Source: Octopus sinensis
Taxonomy: Eukaryota
Length of the DNA stretch: 64,000 nt
Assembly: GCF_006345805.1 (NCBI RefSeq)
Contig: NC_042997.1
Location: forward strand, 34,844,001-34,908,000
Direction: 5' to 3'
Shown here: positions 40,597-53,949 of the stretch, piece after piece
Numbering within the stretch: position 1 is the stretch's first letter
How the letters are laid out: the number at the start of each line of letters is the position of its first letter
Made by a program: the position numbers and the translations under genes
The notes under the pieces: generated by a model
What the model was told of the DNA's origin: nothing
What the model saw: only the letters and a program-made list of their open reading frames with translations
Databases searched by the model: none

Positions 40597-41087
40597 CATA
40601 CTAATACATATATATATAATTTAGGTATTAGTTTGACTTAAAGTTTCGTAGGTTCGTAGAACAACCCTATCTCGTTAGGCATCTATAAAGAGTAAAGAGA
40701 TGTGACACAAATTCAAGATGGCTTGCAGCTATTACGCCTCTATTATTCGCTGAAGGCCACATGGTGTTATTAGTCTGAAAGCGACATCAAATATTTTTTT
40801 ATTATTCTTTACTTCACGTGTTCGACCAGGTGGTAGATAGCTCTGTTGTCGCTTTGGCTGAAAGTTGCATTATTGTATATTTAGCGACTCCAGTTATTGC
40901 ATTTGATGTGAGGGGTTGGAGACATCCTTTCCGCATAGAATTTTCATAATTCCTTAGAACTGTTATGAAATATAACATATAATTCCTACCAAATGTGACG
41001 AATGTCCCTTGCTTTTGTTTCTCCACTCGTATATTATATATATATATATACACATGCACACACAATCATATTGCTACACACGCACAT

Positions 41088-41131
<44 letters not shown>

Positions 41132-41141
<10 letters not shown>

Positions 41142-41635
41142 ATACGTTTATGAATTTGTGCTGTAAGATTCCCGATGTGAAGATGTGTGTTGAAACAGAT
41201 ATTATATTTCGGGACGGTCATTTTTTTCTTGCCAAATAGACACACGCATTATATATTCGTTCTTTATTCGTTTATTACTTTTCATATTCTAACTCGTGTT
41301 CATTGTCCGGAAATCGTTCATCACACATCTGTGACCTCTTCAGTGACACTTTGCGTCGTCGTCGTCGTCTTCTTCTTAAGAAGAAGAAGAAGAAGAAGAC
41401 GACGACGACGACGCAAAGTGTCACTGAAGAGGTCACAGATGTGTGATGAACGATTTCCGGACAATGAACACGAGTTAGAATATGAAAAGTAATAAACGAG
41501 TAAAGAACGAATATATAATGCGTGTGTCTATTTGGCAAGAAAAAAATGACCGTCCCGAAATATAATATCTGTTTCAACACACATCTTCACATCGGGAATC
41601 TTACAGCACAAATTCATAAACGTATATATATGTGT
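41132..41635. repeat. Perfect ~250-bp inverted duplication centred on a (GTC)5(TTC)2TT|AA(GAA)6(GAC)5 junction
   Basis: 41132 pairs with 41635 and 41347 with 41420 (sum 82767); ORFs 41187..41492(+) and 41275..41580(-) are identical except at the centre. Confidence 0.95.
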
Positions 41636-41957
41636 TTCTTCTTCTTCTTCTTCTTCTTCTTCTTCTTCTTCGTCCAGTCAGGACTCACGCCATTAGCCAC
41701 AAAGAATAATCTCTAATTCGAGCCTACCCTAAGCTACTAAGAATGTGTGTGGCAACTTGAAGATCCACTCACCGCACGCGATAGACTGGCGGTTGCACGG
41801 ACGCGAAAGCTACGTTGTTATCCTCATTCCGTAAACTGTGGCTTTTAACGGGTGGAGAGCTGAACCATCCTGGGGTACAGAGGATTCGCAATCTAGACTA
41901 GGGTCTTAAAGTTTACCACACCATAGTGGGTTACACCATAGTTCCTCCGCTTTGTGG

Positions 41958-42148
41958 CAGAAGTAGGAAGAAAGAGTGAGAGAAAGTTGTGCCGAAAGAG
42001 TACAGCGGGGTTCACCCCATTCCGCCGAAACCTCGTGGGGTTTAGGTGCTTTTACTCAATAAACAATCACAATGCCCGGTCTGTGGATCGAAACCGCGTT
42101 CTTAAGACTGCGAGTCCGCTGCCCTAACCACTGGGCCATTGCGCCTCC
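41958..42148 (-). mobile_element. tRNA-derived SINE (family B), 3'-truncated; fuller copy at 49576-49868(+)
   Basis: ggaggcgcaatggcccagtggttagggcagcggactcgcag...ggtttcgat head shared with 49576. Confidence 0.85.
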
Positions 42149-42626
42149 ACTGTTGCTGTTGTTGTTATTGCCATCATTGTCACTGTTCTTACTGATATCG
42201 CTGTTAGTCGTGTTCATCATATTGTTGCAGCCGTCTTCGAAGATACTGTATATGTGTGTGTGTTGTTTGTGTGTATATATGGGTTCGATTTCCATGTTGT
42301 TTGTATCCGTGCCTTTTATATAGATTATTTATTTACTCTTTATCTATCTCTGCTTCTTTTATTTATCACAGTCATGTGCATATATGTCTATTGTGTGTGT
42401 ATTACCCTGTTTGTATATGTGTTTTATTTAAATTCATTTTATTTTCTAATGTTATCCTCTTTCTTCTCCCTTCTGTCTTTAGTAGTCATATTATGTGGTG
42501 TGGAAGTACGTGTTATTGTTTGAGGCTTGGTCTAACTATTGCTATGCGTTTAGCCTATGTGAGCTAAGTGTCGAATCAGTTCTATGAGTCGATAATACCT
42601 TAATCTCTATGCTATTGATCGAGCCT

Positions 42627-42950
42627 CTATGATTGGTAGAGCACTGATGAACCTTTCTCTTCTTTGAACTCGCGCCAGTGATCACCAATACGCTGCCCTA
42701 TACTGCGTGCAGTCTCTCCAATGTAAGTAGCTGTCATGTTTCTGCACCATCCCTCAGTACATCGTAAGCTATATACTATATTCCTAACCTTACAATCAAG
42801 CTGTGGGATCATCCTACATACCGTACAATTGTCCACCGTACATGGGGACTTATCAAGGGGATACATTCTACAGATCAGGGGTTTTATAGGGGCACCAGGC
42901 CTTTCTACTGATTTAATCCGTAGATTCGCCATTACTTAATGTTTTTCTAA
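42627..42950 (-). mobile_element. Penelope-like element GIY-YIG endonuclease fragment
   Basis: ORF 42627..42932: CTVDNCTVC...CKVRNIVYSLRCTEGWC...TYIGETARSIGQRIGDH, the Cys-rich linker plus VY/YIGET/R..H pattern of PLE endonucleases. Confidence 0.85.
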
Positions 42951-43282
42951 AAAGGCATGGTAATTCATGGGGAGGAGTAGCATCAACGAACATGTCACTC
43001 TGGTATGAGTGTGTGTATATAAGAATATGTGTGTGTGTGTATGTACGAATATGTGTGTGTGTAAGAATATGTGTGTCTGCATATTATACATATGACGTAG
43101 TGTGGCGATCCGGAGGATTAATGAATAACAAATTAAAGTGCAATAGTATATTTAAATTCGTCCATTAGCCCTACACAGTGAAATTCCTACAATATGTTAC
43201 CGCAACTTCATTCAACTTGAACTCGAGAACATGCGGAGCAAGGCGGAGAACAACGTAAATAATATGCTACACACGCAAGCGT

Positions 43283-43407
43283 AAGGGATCTTTTTATACA
43301 ACTAATATATTTCATTTTAACAGACAAGGGAAATGACCCATTCACCCTGATTTTAACAGCCAAGGGAAATAACCCAATCATTTTCCTTAATCATTTGGTA
43401 TAAATCA
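43283..43407 (+). repeat. 125-bp direct repeat, second copy 45233-45357 (~92% identical), with two internal ~37-bp units
   Basis: Manual alignment gave 10 mismatches in 125; internal unit ttttaacag(a/c)caagggaaat.acc.a.tca. Confidence 0.9.
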
Positions 43408-43689
43408 GAGTTGGTATAAATTCCAATGCAATGGCGTGTAATGTCATCGAATGGTGTGAGGGCTACCGTATAACCCGCGGCCATTTGGATGCAGGATCCT
43501 ACTAGTTTGTTGTTGGCAGGATCACGGAAGTTACAGGTCGGGTTGTTGTTAGGAGGCTATATATGTGTGCGTTTGCGTCTATTGTAGAGTGCAATGGTTG
43601 AAACGATGGGAGGAGTACAGTGAACATTTGGACATAAGCGCAAAAAACTGATCTACCAAATTTCTTGCCCTCCCACTTTGGAATGGAAG

Positions 43690-44013
43690 CACTCCGTCGG
43701 TTACGACGACGAGGGTTTCGGCTGATCCGATCAACGGAACAGCCTGCTCGTGAAATTAACGTGTAAGTGGCTGAGCACTCCACAGACACGTGTACCCTTA
43801 ACGCAGTTCTCGGGGATATTCAGCGTGACACAGAGAGTGACAAGGCCGGCCCTTTGAAATACAGGTACAACAGAAACAGGAAGTAAGAGTGAGAGAAAGT
43901 TGTGGTGAAAGAGTACAGCAGGGATCACCACCATCCCCTGCCGGAGCCTCGTGGAGTTTTAGGTGTTTTCGCTCAATAAACACTCACAACGCCCGGTCTG
44001 GGAATCGAAACCC
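43690..44013 (-). mobile_element. Composite SINE: family B head and body joined to family A 3' body
   Basis: 43880-44013 matches 49610-49760; 43690-43870 matches the reverse complement of 5565-5749. Confidence 0.8.
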
Positions 44014-45016
44014 TCCCACTTTATTCATATGCGGATAATATCTCATATAAAGCACTAATAGATAAAGAGAATTCTATACGCCTTTTACTGTCACTCTGTT
44101 ATTGTGGAAATATATTGTGTCGATTTGCGCGTGTTCATAAGAAAGCCAAAAAAAAAATCATGTAGCAGTAATAATTTATCTTATTTACTTTACACCTCAT
44201 TTCTCTTACTTATGTTTTAACATGTTCAGTAGAAGGAAATTCGCACTAATTGATATTATTATCATCAATAATATATTATATAACCTATATTATAGCATAT
44301 TTATTATATTATATTACATTTATTTCATTATATTGTATGACATATTATAATTATTACATTACATTTGAAAACAGTTAGCTAATTAGATATGTTCTTCGAC
44401 AGAATAATAAATAATAACTATGAATAAAACTATTGTGTAAGCAATTATTTTTTAATTATAGCTACGTTTCAGTCATTATTACTCCCGACATAAACTGCGA
44501 TAGAAAACACAGGAAAATAATACCAATTATTCATATCTGTCTTTTCTATCACTCGTATGACGTATGCAATGGGAAAAAGCTTTTACGTGACTCTCTCGCA
44601 CGTTGGTCACACGACGGTGGCACATGAATGCAGACCAAACTTATGGTATGCATACATTGACGAATCTCAGACAGACAGCAATCATAAAATTATGAACATT
44701 TCGAATAACTGAGAAACAGCTTCCTCGCCCGATAATGATATATTTGCATATATGCATGCCCCTACAAACACATGCAGACACACACAAATATGCATATACA
44801 CAGGTATTTACATCTAAACTAATGTTTATACATATGTTATTGCATTTACATAGACGTATATTTACATAGTCGTATATTAGTATAATCATTTATGTATATT
44901 CATATATATATTCATAAATATTTATCCATGTATGTGCATTTATACATATAGTACGTTCCTATATATATATATATTATATATATATATAATATATATATAT
45001 ATACACATATACATAT

Positions 45017-45071
<55 letters not shown>

Positions 45072-46000
45072 TACATATATGGGAAATTCTATCTGTGAGT
45101 GTGTTTGCAGAGTCGTTAGGTAATTCCTATCATTTTATCAACTTTGATGAAACGACACGTGAGTAGAACTCATGTCTGGAAACCACATGGCATACTCAGG
45201 TTGTTGAAAACAATCGATAATAAGACCCCTGGAAGGGATCCTTAAGTACATCTAATATATTTCATTTTAACAGACAAGGGAAATAATCCATTCACCCAGA
45301 TTTTAACAGCCAAGGGAAATAACCCAATCATTTTCCTTAAAAATTTGGTATAAATCAAACTGAGTATGCTTCTTCTTTGTATTTGAACTGTTAGAGTTAT
45401 TTTCGCAATTATGCAGTACAGCTATTAAACAATTAAATAGTATTTTCTTAAACAATTGGTCCACTCATTTTGGTTGGTGACTTATTCAAGAATATACCAA
45501 AACTAGCACCGCTGAGGGTAACGCACAAAATCCCTTTTCAGAGGTATTTATTTTGAATTGTTATCTCATACATGATTAGCCTGTTATTATGTAACATGCT
45601 TCAAGATTTTAGTATATATAGCTTATTAGTATTTCGTCCTATGTTCTATACACTCTGGGAACACATTAAAGCCCTTTACGGGTTTACTTTATTTGAATTC
45701 TTCCTATCGGGTAACTAATTTCATTTTATTACATAACTGACTTCACAATTTGAGTATTCATAACTTATTGGATATTCCTGAAAAGAAGATCTTGTGTAAC
45801 ACAGTTCAGTATTCTCTGTAAATGCAAAAAAAGATAAAAAGGTTTAAGGAGTACATACTTTGTATTGTTCTTATTGGATTAATGAAACAATTATGAGAAC
45901 GGAACCAAGAGATAAGCCCCCACTTTCCCGGGAATTACCGAGTACGCAAGCTAGTACATATATATATGATCCCATATATATACATAAATATATACATATA

Positions 46001-46385
46001 CTAGCAGTATCACCCCGTGTTGCTCGGGTTTGTTTCGACCCTTTAGAATTGGAATTTTTGAAAAGTAAAAATTTTGCATTATGCAACTTTATATTCTCTT
46101 TAAGTGAACATTTTTCCAGTTGAAATACACCGAAAAATGGTGACACAGCAGTCAAAAATCGTAAAAAATAGGGATTTTCATAGAAAAAATGACCTTTTTT
46201 ACGTAAATAATTTTTGGTGTTAACATGGTCCGATTTGAATTTTATTTCCTACAGAATGAAGAGCAAGCCTTCTATCATACTCTCAATTTTGGTCAAATTG
46301 CGCTTCAGGGACTCGGAGGAGATAGTGTTAGTTGAAGGCTACCAAACCTGCCACACACAGTCAACTTCAGCTTTATATATATAGA
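46001..46385 (-). mobile_element. Complete non-autonomous Helitron (385 bp)
   Basis: Sense 5' A|TCtatatatataaagctg (46386/46385), 3' gatactgCTAG|T (46004-46001) with subterminal hairpin; inserted in an AT dinucleotide without TSD. Confidence 0.85.
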
Positions 46386-46617
46386 TTTGCTAAACACTAC
46401 TTTCCATCCTTAATAATAAAACGTGGTAGATACAAAAAGTTAAACACACAGACACACACATACAGATACACACACAGACACACAAGTTGAGTTTTATATA
46501 TATAGATTTCTCAACGGGGATTTCAGGGGAGAGTTTCAGGGAGTCACTGGCGATGTATCGTGATGATCAAAAATCGGACCTGCTAATATTTGGTTAAGGT
46601 GATTCAAACTGCAGACT

Positions 46618-46679
<62 letters not shown>

Positions 46680-46693
46680 CACTTACCCCCACC

Positions 46694-46740
<47 letters not shown>

Positions 46741-49575
46741 CGGTGGGCTCCTTTCAGTTTCTGTCTACCTAATTCACTTAGATAACTTTGTTTGGCCTAA
46801 GGCTAAAGTGGAGGGCAGTAGACCAAGGTGCGACGCAGTAGGACTGAACTCCCAATAATGTATTTGGAAGTGAAAATTCTTACCATATAGCCATGGCCAC
46901 ACGTTTTAGAAATTTCATGCTCATATGTATGCATAAATGTATGTACACACATATATATATATACATGTGTATACTAAAATATAAGTGCCTTCTCATCCTC
47001 TCATAGAAACTCTCACACGGACGAATGCATACACGCACACACACATATACACACACAAATGAACACACTCATAGACACACAGACATATATACCTATATTT
47101 ATATGCAAGGAGGCTGAGGCTGAAATAGCCTGAAGTAATGCTTGAAATAGCCATGGGAAAGAAAGCTACGAAACTAAATTAGAAGTTAAGAGAATGTGAG
47201 GAATTGGAATACGCTTTTGAAAACATTTTACAACCAAACATCATACACTATAGAGGCCGCACATCTTAATCATAAAGAAATAGGCATTTGGCTGTTTAGC
47301 AACATGTAAGGTCTTTGAAAATATTTCTGAAGAAACAAATTTGACTTTTCACACATTAATAATAGCTGCCATATTTTTAAATATATTGAATTTAGCATAT
47401 TTTATTCCGTTTCCAATCTTTATAATACAGCATATGTTTCAATAAAATTCAAATACCTTATATGATCTGCTTATATTTCTATCATCAAAGAAAAGCATTA
47501 TATAGTAAGTAGTAAATCGAATTTCAAATTGTCGTGGCATATAACATTCTATATAATTTGCCCGTCATTTTAAATATGGAAATATGACTGTGGAGATGCA
47601 AAAGTAGTCAGAACCATAGCATGTTTACAGAATCATAAATACAAACACAATGGAATTAAATAGATTCTTGCTTTGTGTGTCACAATTTTTCTAACTCAGT
47701 GTTTTATTTCATGTACCAAATTCATCGTGTAACAGATAAATTCCTGCCGTAAATTAAAAATAAAACAGTATTAGATTCAAAATTGCATATTATTTTATTA
47801 GATTCAGTTTAAGAAGCCAAGTTAGTTTTACATTATATTTTAGATTACATACTCTTAATGCTTTTTTTTTAAAAGATTCGTAACTGGATTTTATAGAAAA
47901 AAGTAAAAACATCTCGGCAAATATTTACAATCAGAGATAAAATTTTAATGCTCGAATTTTACTGAAGTTAAAATTTGTAGTATCGACAATAAAACATTTT
48001 GATTAATTTTGGTGTAATTTTTCTATTTTTAGAAACCTCCATCAACTTTTTGAATCGTTTACCAAACTCTCTTAGGACGTAATAGAGTGGTTTCATACTT
48101 TATCTCTGTTCTACTTCTTTCTATGTGGAAATTGTATCCGTACTCTTCCTTAAGCCGTTAAATCTGAGTTAAACGCAAACTGTTACTGTCAACGATATTT
48201 ATGAAGGCGACGAGCTGGCAGAAACGTTAGCGCGCCGGGCGAAATGCGTAGCCGTATTTCGTCTGCTATTACGTTGTGAGTTCAAATTCCGCCGAGGTCG
48301 ACTTTGCCTTTCATCCTTACGGGGTCGATAAATTAAGTACCAGTTACGCACTGGGGTCGATGTAATCAACTTAATACCTATGTCTGTCCTTGTTTATCCC
48401 CTCTGTGTTTAGCTCCTTGTGGGTAATAAAGAAATAGATATTTATGTATTTTTAGTTACATGGTACGTAGAAATGAATTGATACAATACCGACATAGTAC
48501 CTTATCAAATACCTTTATACAGACATGCACACAAATACATACAGTCCTTAGACCAAGGGTAGGCGTTTGGCTACCGATGCGGCCTATCTGATTTTCAAAT
48601 ACCTAACATACGCGAACCATATGCCATTCTGGTTCATGATTTCCAACCAATGCATCAACTAAAAGCTTCCTTTAATTGCCCTTTTGTGGGAATGCTCTGT
48701 GTTACTTCGCTTTATGAGAGGCAGACTCACTTCTTGTACTTCCTTTCTTAAAACTGTTAGGAAAAAGCTTAATTTCGGTGACATACAGCTCCCACATCCT
48801 GTTGTCTTTTTTCTTCATAGACGTATTCATAGTTCCACATTGAGAAATGAAGAAATATCAGTGAGTGTTTGTTAATGCACAGTAAATAATACGGCAAACG
48901 ATTTATCTTATTTTCGCCAAATTTTGTTGTCATATGGAAATCTCACATTCGTTTCACCACATTAACCCACTAAAATATTTAGAATTTAAAACTTCGTCTG
49001 GCTATGTACTTTATTACGTATATCCCAATTAATATCAATAAATTTCTATTTGTTTAATTTTCAACAATTTGTAATACATTTAGTATTCATTTTCAAATTC
49101 TAACCTGATAATCACGTTAAATATAACCAATTAACAGAATAATAATAAGAATGACAATATCAGTTATAATTTTATTTACATTGAGATTTAACATTCTAAT
49201 AAAACTTTGTCAAGACTTACTCCGGTTTAGAACTGATTATATGATTCTGAGACACTCGTTGCATGACAACCAGTTAATATGTGAAGCATTTTTAATGCAT
49301 GAAACACAGACGTTCAAGTAAAATGAAACATAATGTTAGGGAAAATAAACAGTATTTGTCAACATCTAATTGTTTTGTTCATTTGCCGACAAGAATGGAA
49401 AGCATACGGATAGTTTCCTCCTATTTTATTGTTACAACGAGCTATTTGTTGTACGTTTAATAAACAGATATTCGTTCAAATTCTTAGGCGGAGAAGAAAA
49501 TTGTGAGAGAATTAAATATTAATGACATCATCCACACGGTAAGAGTAATTTGGGATCATAATATAAAAAATATGT

Positions 49576-49868
49576 GGAGGCACAATGGCCTAGTGGCTAG
49601 GGCAGCGGACTCGCGGTCGTAGGGTCGCGGTTTCGATTCTTAGACCGGGCGTTGTGAGTGTTTATTGAGCAAAAACACCTAAAAGCTCCACGAGGCTCCG
49701 GCAGAGGATGGTGATCCCTGCTGTACTCTTTCACCACAACTTTCTCTCACTCTTTCTTCTGTTGGCCTGCTCGCTTAGCCAGCGGGGTGGCGTCATTTGA
49801 AAGCTAAAAAAATCAATGCGAACGCATTGTGACCAGTGATGTGTAACTACATCTGATAGGCTGGTCGT
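49576..49868 (+). mobile_element. tRNA-derived SINE (family B)
   Basis: A box tggcctagtgg, B-box-like ggtttcgattc; homology to 41958-42148 and 43880-44013. Confidence 0.85.
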
Positions 49869-50859
49869 AAAAAAAAATATATATAAAATATACATATTTT
49901 AAGTAGAATAAAATTTGATTAGAAATATGTAAAGTATTTTCTTAATATATTTTCGCTTTCTGTATATTCTAAATTTTAGAGTGGTTTTCTGGTGTTTTTT
50001 TTTTAGATTAAAGCTGATTTACTTGTGGAAAATTAATTGATTGGGCAAACGGTATAAAATATTAATAGAATTTACACGCTTCGGTTCGTTCGATATCTCT
50101 TTGAGAGAAACAGGTAACCTTCAACATTTTGAGTATAAAGGTAAACATTTGACGCTACGAAATACACCACGCTGCATTTTCTTTAGTCTATGTTCAAGTA
50201 CATAGTTTATCGAGATAGGAGCAAGTAATGGTAGCTGAATTATTAGTTTCCTTTTCTATAGCTTGTAACATGTGGCGAATGATATAAAACCTTTACATGG
50301 TTAAATTGTTTAATTCGCAAACGATACTTCATAATTAAGAAAAAAGAAAATATCACCAAGAACAAGTACTCTGTCTTAGTTGATTGAGAAATAAATGTTG
50401 TAGACGTAGCTTCCGGTAAACGATATATAAAGCAATGATAGATATTCAGCAAAATAATACAAGATTCGAAATGTTAAGAAATAGTGAATAATCTATGAAA
50501 TTTGCTGTGAAAACGATGATGTGATTTACAAGGAAAGAATAGTGTGTGTGTGTCTGTATGTGTGTGTGTACATAAACATATGTACGTAAATATGCATGTA
50601 TGCATTATTGCTCCGGGGACATACGAGTGTTAAGTGTAGCTTTTTAACAAGCAACTGTAATTAAACTATAAACTATATAAATCGATAGGTGCCAAGATAC
50701 AACAACAGAGAAATATCTATCTGGGAGTGTACAGGGCACACATATACACACATATATACACGCATATGTATATATCTGTGTACCAGAGTATGAATGTCTG
50801 TCTGTCTCTCTCTCGCATAGAAATTTGACATTTTTGTATTCCCTCCGCTTTAAATTATA

Positions 50860-51640
50860 TTTCTAAAACTACTACTCACTTTCGTATCACCCCACCCATA
50901 CCTTTTCTCTACCCATCCCTTAATACAGCCCTATCATATCACCCATACCCACATATCTCACACTTTTTCACTCCTTACATTCTCATCTCTTCCTATCCTC
51001 TCCTCACATTAACTTGACCATCAACTAACACTCCTTTTCTCATTTTTTAAACCTTTTTTTCACTTTTTCTTTTCCTTTCTTCCACACTTTTCACTTTTTC
51101 TTCTCTCTTTTTTCTTTTCTCACTCCTTTTTTATTATTTTTTCTGTGCTTTTCCTTTTTCACTGTCTTTCTTCCTCACATTTTCTCTTCCTATCTTCATT
51201 TTGATCTAACTCTTCATTCTAATCATACACATCTCTCCCATCTATCCACAAGTACTACCAATACATTCTAAAAGTGTCATTCAAACCACCATATCACTTC
51301 GAATAAAGCAACACAGAATCCACGGCTCCATACCTAGAAATGACTAAACATAAACTACTATCGGAACTTACATGCCATGTACAGGAAACTTATTTACCAC
51401 TTCTCTACACCACTTTACACGAATAATGGAACTGAAATTACGGTGTTTTATATTTTCTTTCTACTTTCATTCTCTTATTTCTCTCTATATTCCCTATCTC
51501 CTCCTTTCTCACAATAATTCCTTATTTCAAACTCTAACATTTACCTTTATTTAACAATATCACATCGTCTCTGATGAAGGGATATCCATAATATCCCAGA
51601 AACCACTGTAAGACTATATCTATGTCTCGATCCTTATAAA
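50860..51640 (+). mobile_element. 3' region of a Penelope-like element (decayed GIY-YIG end, pyrimidine-rich UTR, hammerhead)
   Basis: LRIKQHRIHGSIP at ~51298 resembles the GIY-YIG R.K.H motif; HHR follows at 51567-51614. Confidence 0.55.
51567..51614 (+). ncRNA. Minimal type I hammerhead ribozyme
   Basis: gtct-CTGATGA-a-gggatat/ccata/atatccc-a-GAAA-c-cact-gt-a-agac: stem I gtct/agac, 7-bp stem II, short stem III, GUA triplet. Confidence 0.75.
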
Positions 51641-52015
51641 TATTATGAAAACTACTCACAGCCTTAGCTTTGTTATCACCTTTGTCTTATATATATATAT
51701 ATATATGCATGCTAATACAAGACTCACATTAGACTCTTCACTCGTATCACTATCGAACCAAGTGTGTGTATAAGGGGGAACTCTGCGAATTGACAATGCA
51801 ACACAGTCGTACTTTGAGAAAAATTCGCTGTTGCAGAAATTCCAGGTATCTAATTGGTAAAAGCAGTGTTTCTTTTCAAGTAGTAAGATAAGTAACAAGA
51901 TGAAGAATGTATATAGCACAACTTTAGTATTCGTTAAACTCGTTTCCATGCCACTCCATTTCTAACTACATAGAAGGCAAATAATTCCAGTTCGATCTCT
52001 AATGATAATGGAAGG

Positions 52016-52568
52016 CGCACTGGTTCTCGTGGCTCCTGATCTTAACTGATTGGAAGTTATCGAATTATATGTTTTGTCTTGGTATATGTTGGAACTGATT
52101 TGAAGTATATGTTTTGTCTTGGTGTGAAAGATGGGATACAGCAAATATTCTGTCGAATACCACTGATTTATTTCTCAGTTACTTAACCTCAACCAGTCGA
52201 GCATGTCCCTTGATGGCCGACGATATGTGTATCTCTGATTAAGAGCAGAAGTAGTGGGGGGAACATCATAGCCATGCGTTGAGAGAAATGCTTTGCGGGT
52301 TAAATAATTCTCCTTTTGAAACATGGATGTTTTATTCAGCATCCTTAAGCAACCCTTATTCAGGGTTTGAGGAGGATGGGCTACTCGACCTGAAGAAAAT
52401 GCTAACTGGGTTCCACCTGCAAGTTCATGCTCTGTATAGCTTGATATGAGATCACTATGTTACGCACCTATTGTTGTGATGTATGTGCCTGGTGTATCTT
52501 TATCAGATAGGTAATCATGAAGGATATATTGGGCTTCGTATATTTTACACCAGTGTCACTTTGGTGGC
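52016..52568. mobile_element. Second copy of family F repeat
   Basis: Colinear with 13590-14105; contains a small internal duplication (tatatgttttgtcttggt twice). Confidence 0.8.
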
Positions 52569-53049
52569 AAGAAAAGAAAAGAAAAAAATTGTTTCTGCTA
52601 TAGATACAAAGCCTGAAATTTTGGGGAAGGGGACCAGTGGATTACATCTATCCCAGTGCGTAACAGGTACTCAATTTATCGACTCCGAAAGGATGAAAGG
52701 CAAAGTCGACTCTAGTGGAATTTCAACTCAGAACGTGAAAACAGATGAGATAACGCTAAACATGTCGTCCGGCATGCTAACAATTCTCCGAGCTCGTCGC
52801 CTTAAAAATAATCATAATAATAATGGTCTCAAATTTTGCTACAAGGGCAGTCATTTTGGTGGAGAGAACTAGTCGATTGCATGGACCCCAGTGAGTCATC
52901 GGTACTTAATTTATCGACCATGAAAGAATGAGAGATAACGTCAACCCCAGCGGAATTGAAACACAGAACACGAAGACAGGTGAAATACCGCTAAGCATTT
53001 CATCCAGCGTGCTAACTGTTCTTCCCGCTCGCCGCTTTATTAATAATCC

Positions 53050-53095
<46 letters not shown>

Positions 53096-53292
53096 TATCT
53101 GTCTACCTGAATGCACCATTTCCTATTTTTTTCGAGCTTTTTTGAACAGGCAAACATTCCTGTTTCCTAATTAGGAAAAATGAAACACCTCCAAACGGAA
53201 ATCTCCGAACACTTTCTGGAGTTACACAATTCCGAAAGCTGTAAAGCACAGCAAATCTTCATTTAATATTGTAAAAGAAGTCAACGGTGTAA

Positions 53293-53323
<31 letters not shown>

Positions 53324-53949
53324 TATACATATACGTGTGTGTGTGTGTGTGTGCGTGTGTATATGTGTGTGTGTATGCGTGTGTATGTATATGTGTGTTT
53401 ATGTATGTCTTTCTATCGTTAATTTAGACAAAACGTACTAAATCAGTTCTTTTCAAAAATCTCCTTCACTTACATTACTAAGGGAATTAGAAGACAAGTA
53501 TTTTGACCTTTTCTGGCCACATGGGTGCAAGCGCCATTTTGTTGGTTCCCTGTCAAAATCTATTGGATATATTTATAGAACAATACTTAAATGTATGCTC
53601 GCCAAACTGTCTCTTCCTCTTACTATCACCCCAACTCTCCTGTACTCACGATTACCTCAAACATAAAACAGGAGTTATAACTAGTAATACACTATGGTAA
53701 TAGCAAAACCAGCAAATTTAACTTTGACAATCCCCAGCAACGATGTAAGGAACAAATTATAATCTGAAAATAAAAACTGCACTGTTACCATGGCTACAGA
53801 AGGTAGCGACAGAGACAAAAAGAACAACAGTAATAATAGTGATCAGTGGTGGACAAAACTACTATAGTAGCAGAAAATTAGTAATGGCAACGGCTATAAT
53901 AATTATGTTAATAATGGCGGTGATAATAATGGTAGAGATAATAATAAGC

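Noticed and set aside
42540-42580. Possible degenerate hammerhead downstream of the GIY-YIG fragment (minus strand ctgattcga...ttagc/gctaa...aaacgcat)
   Set aside because: The core lacks CUGANGA and GAAA, and stem I cannot be formed.
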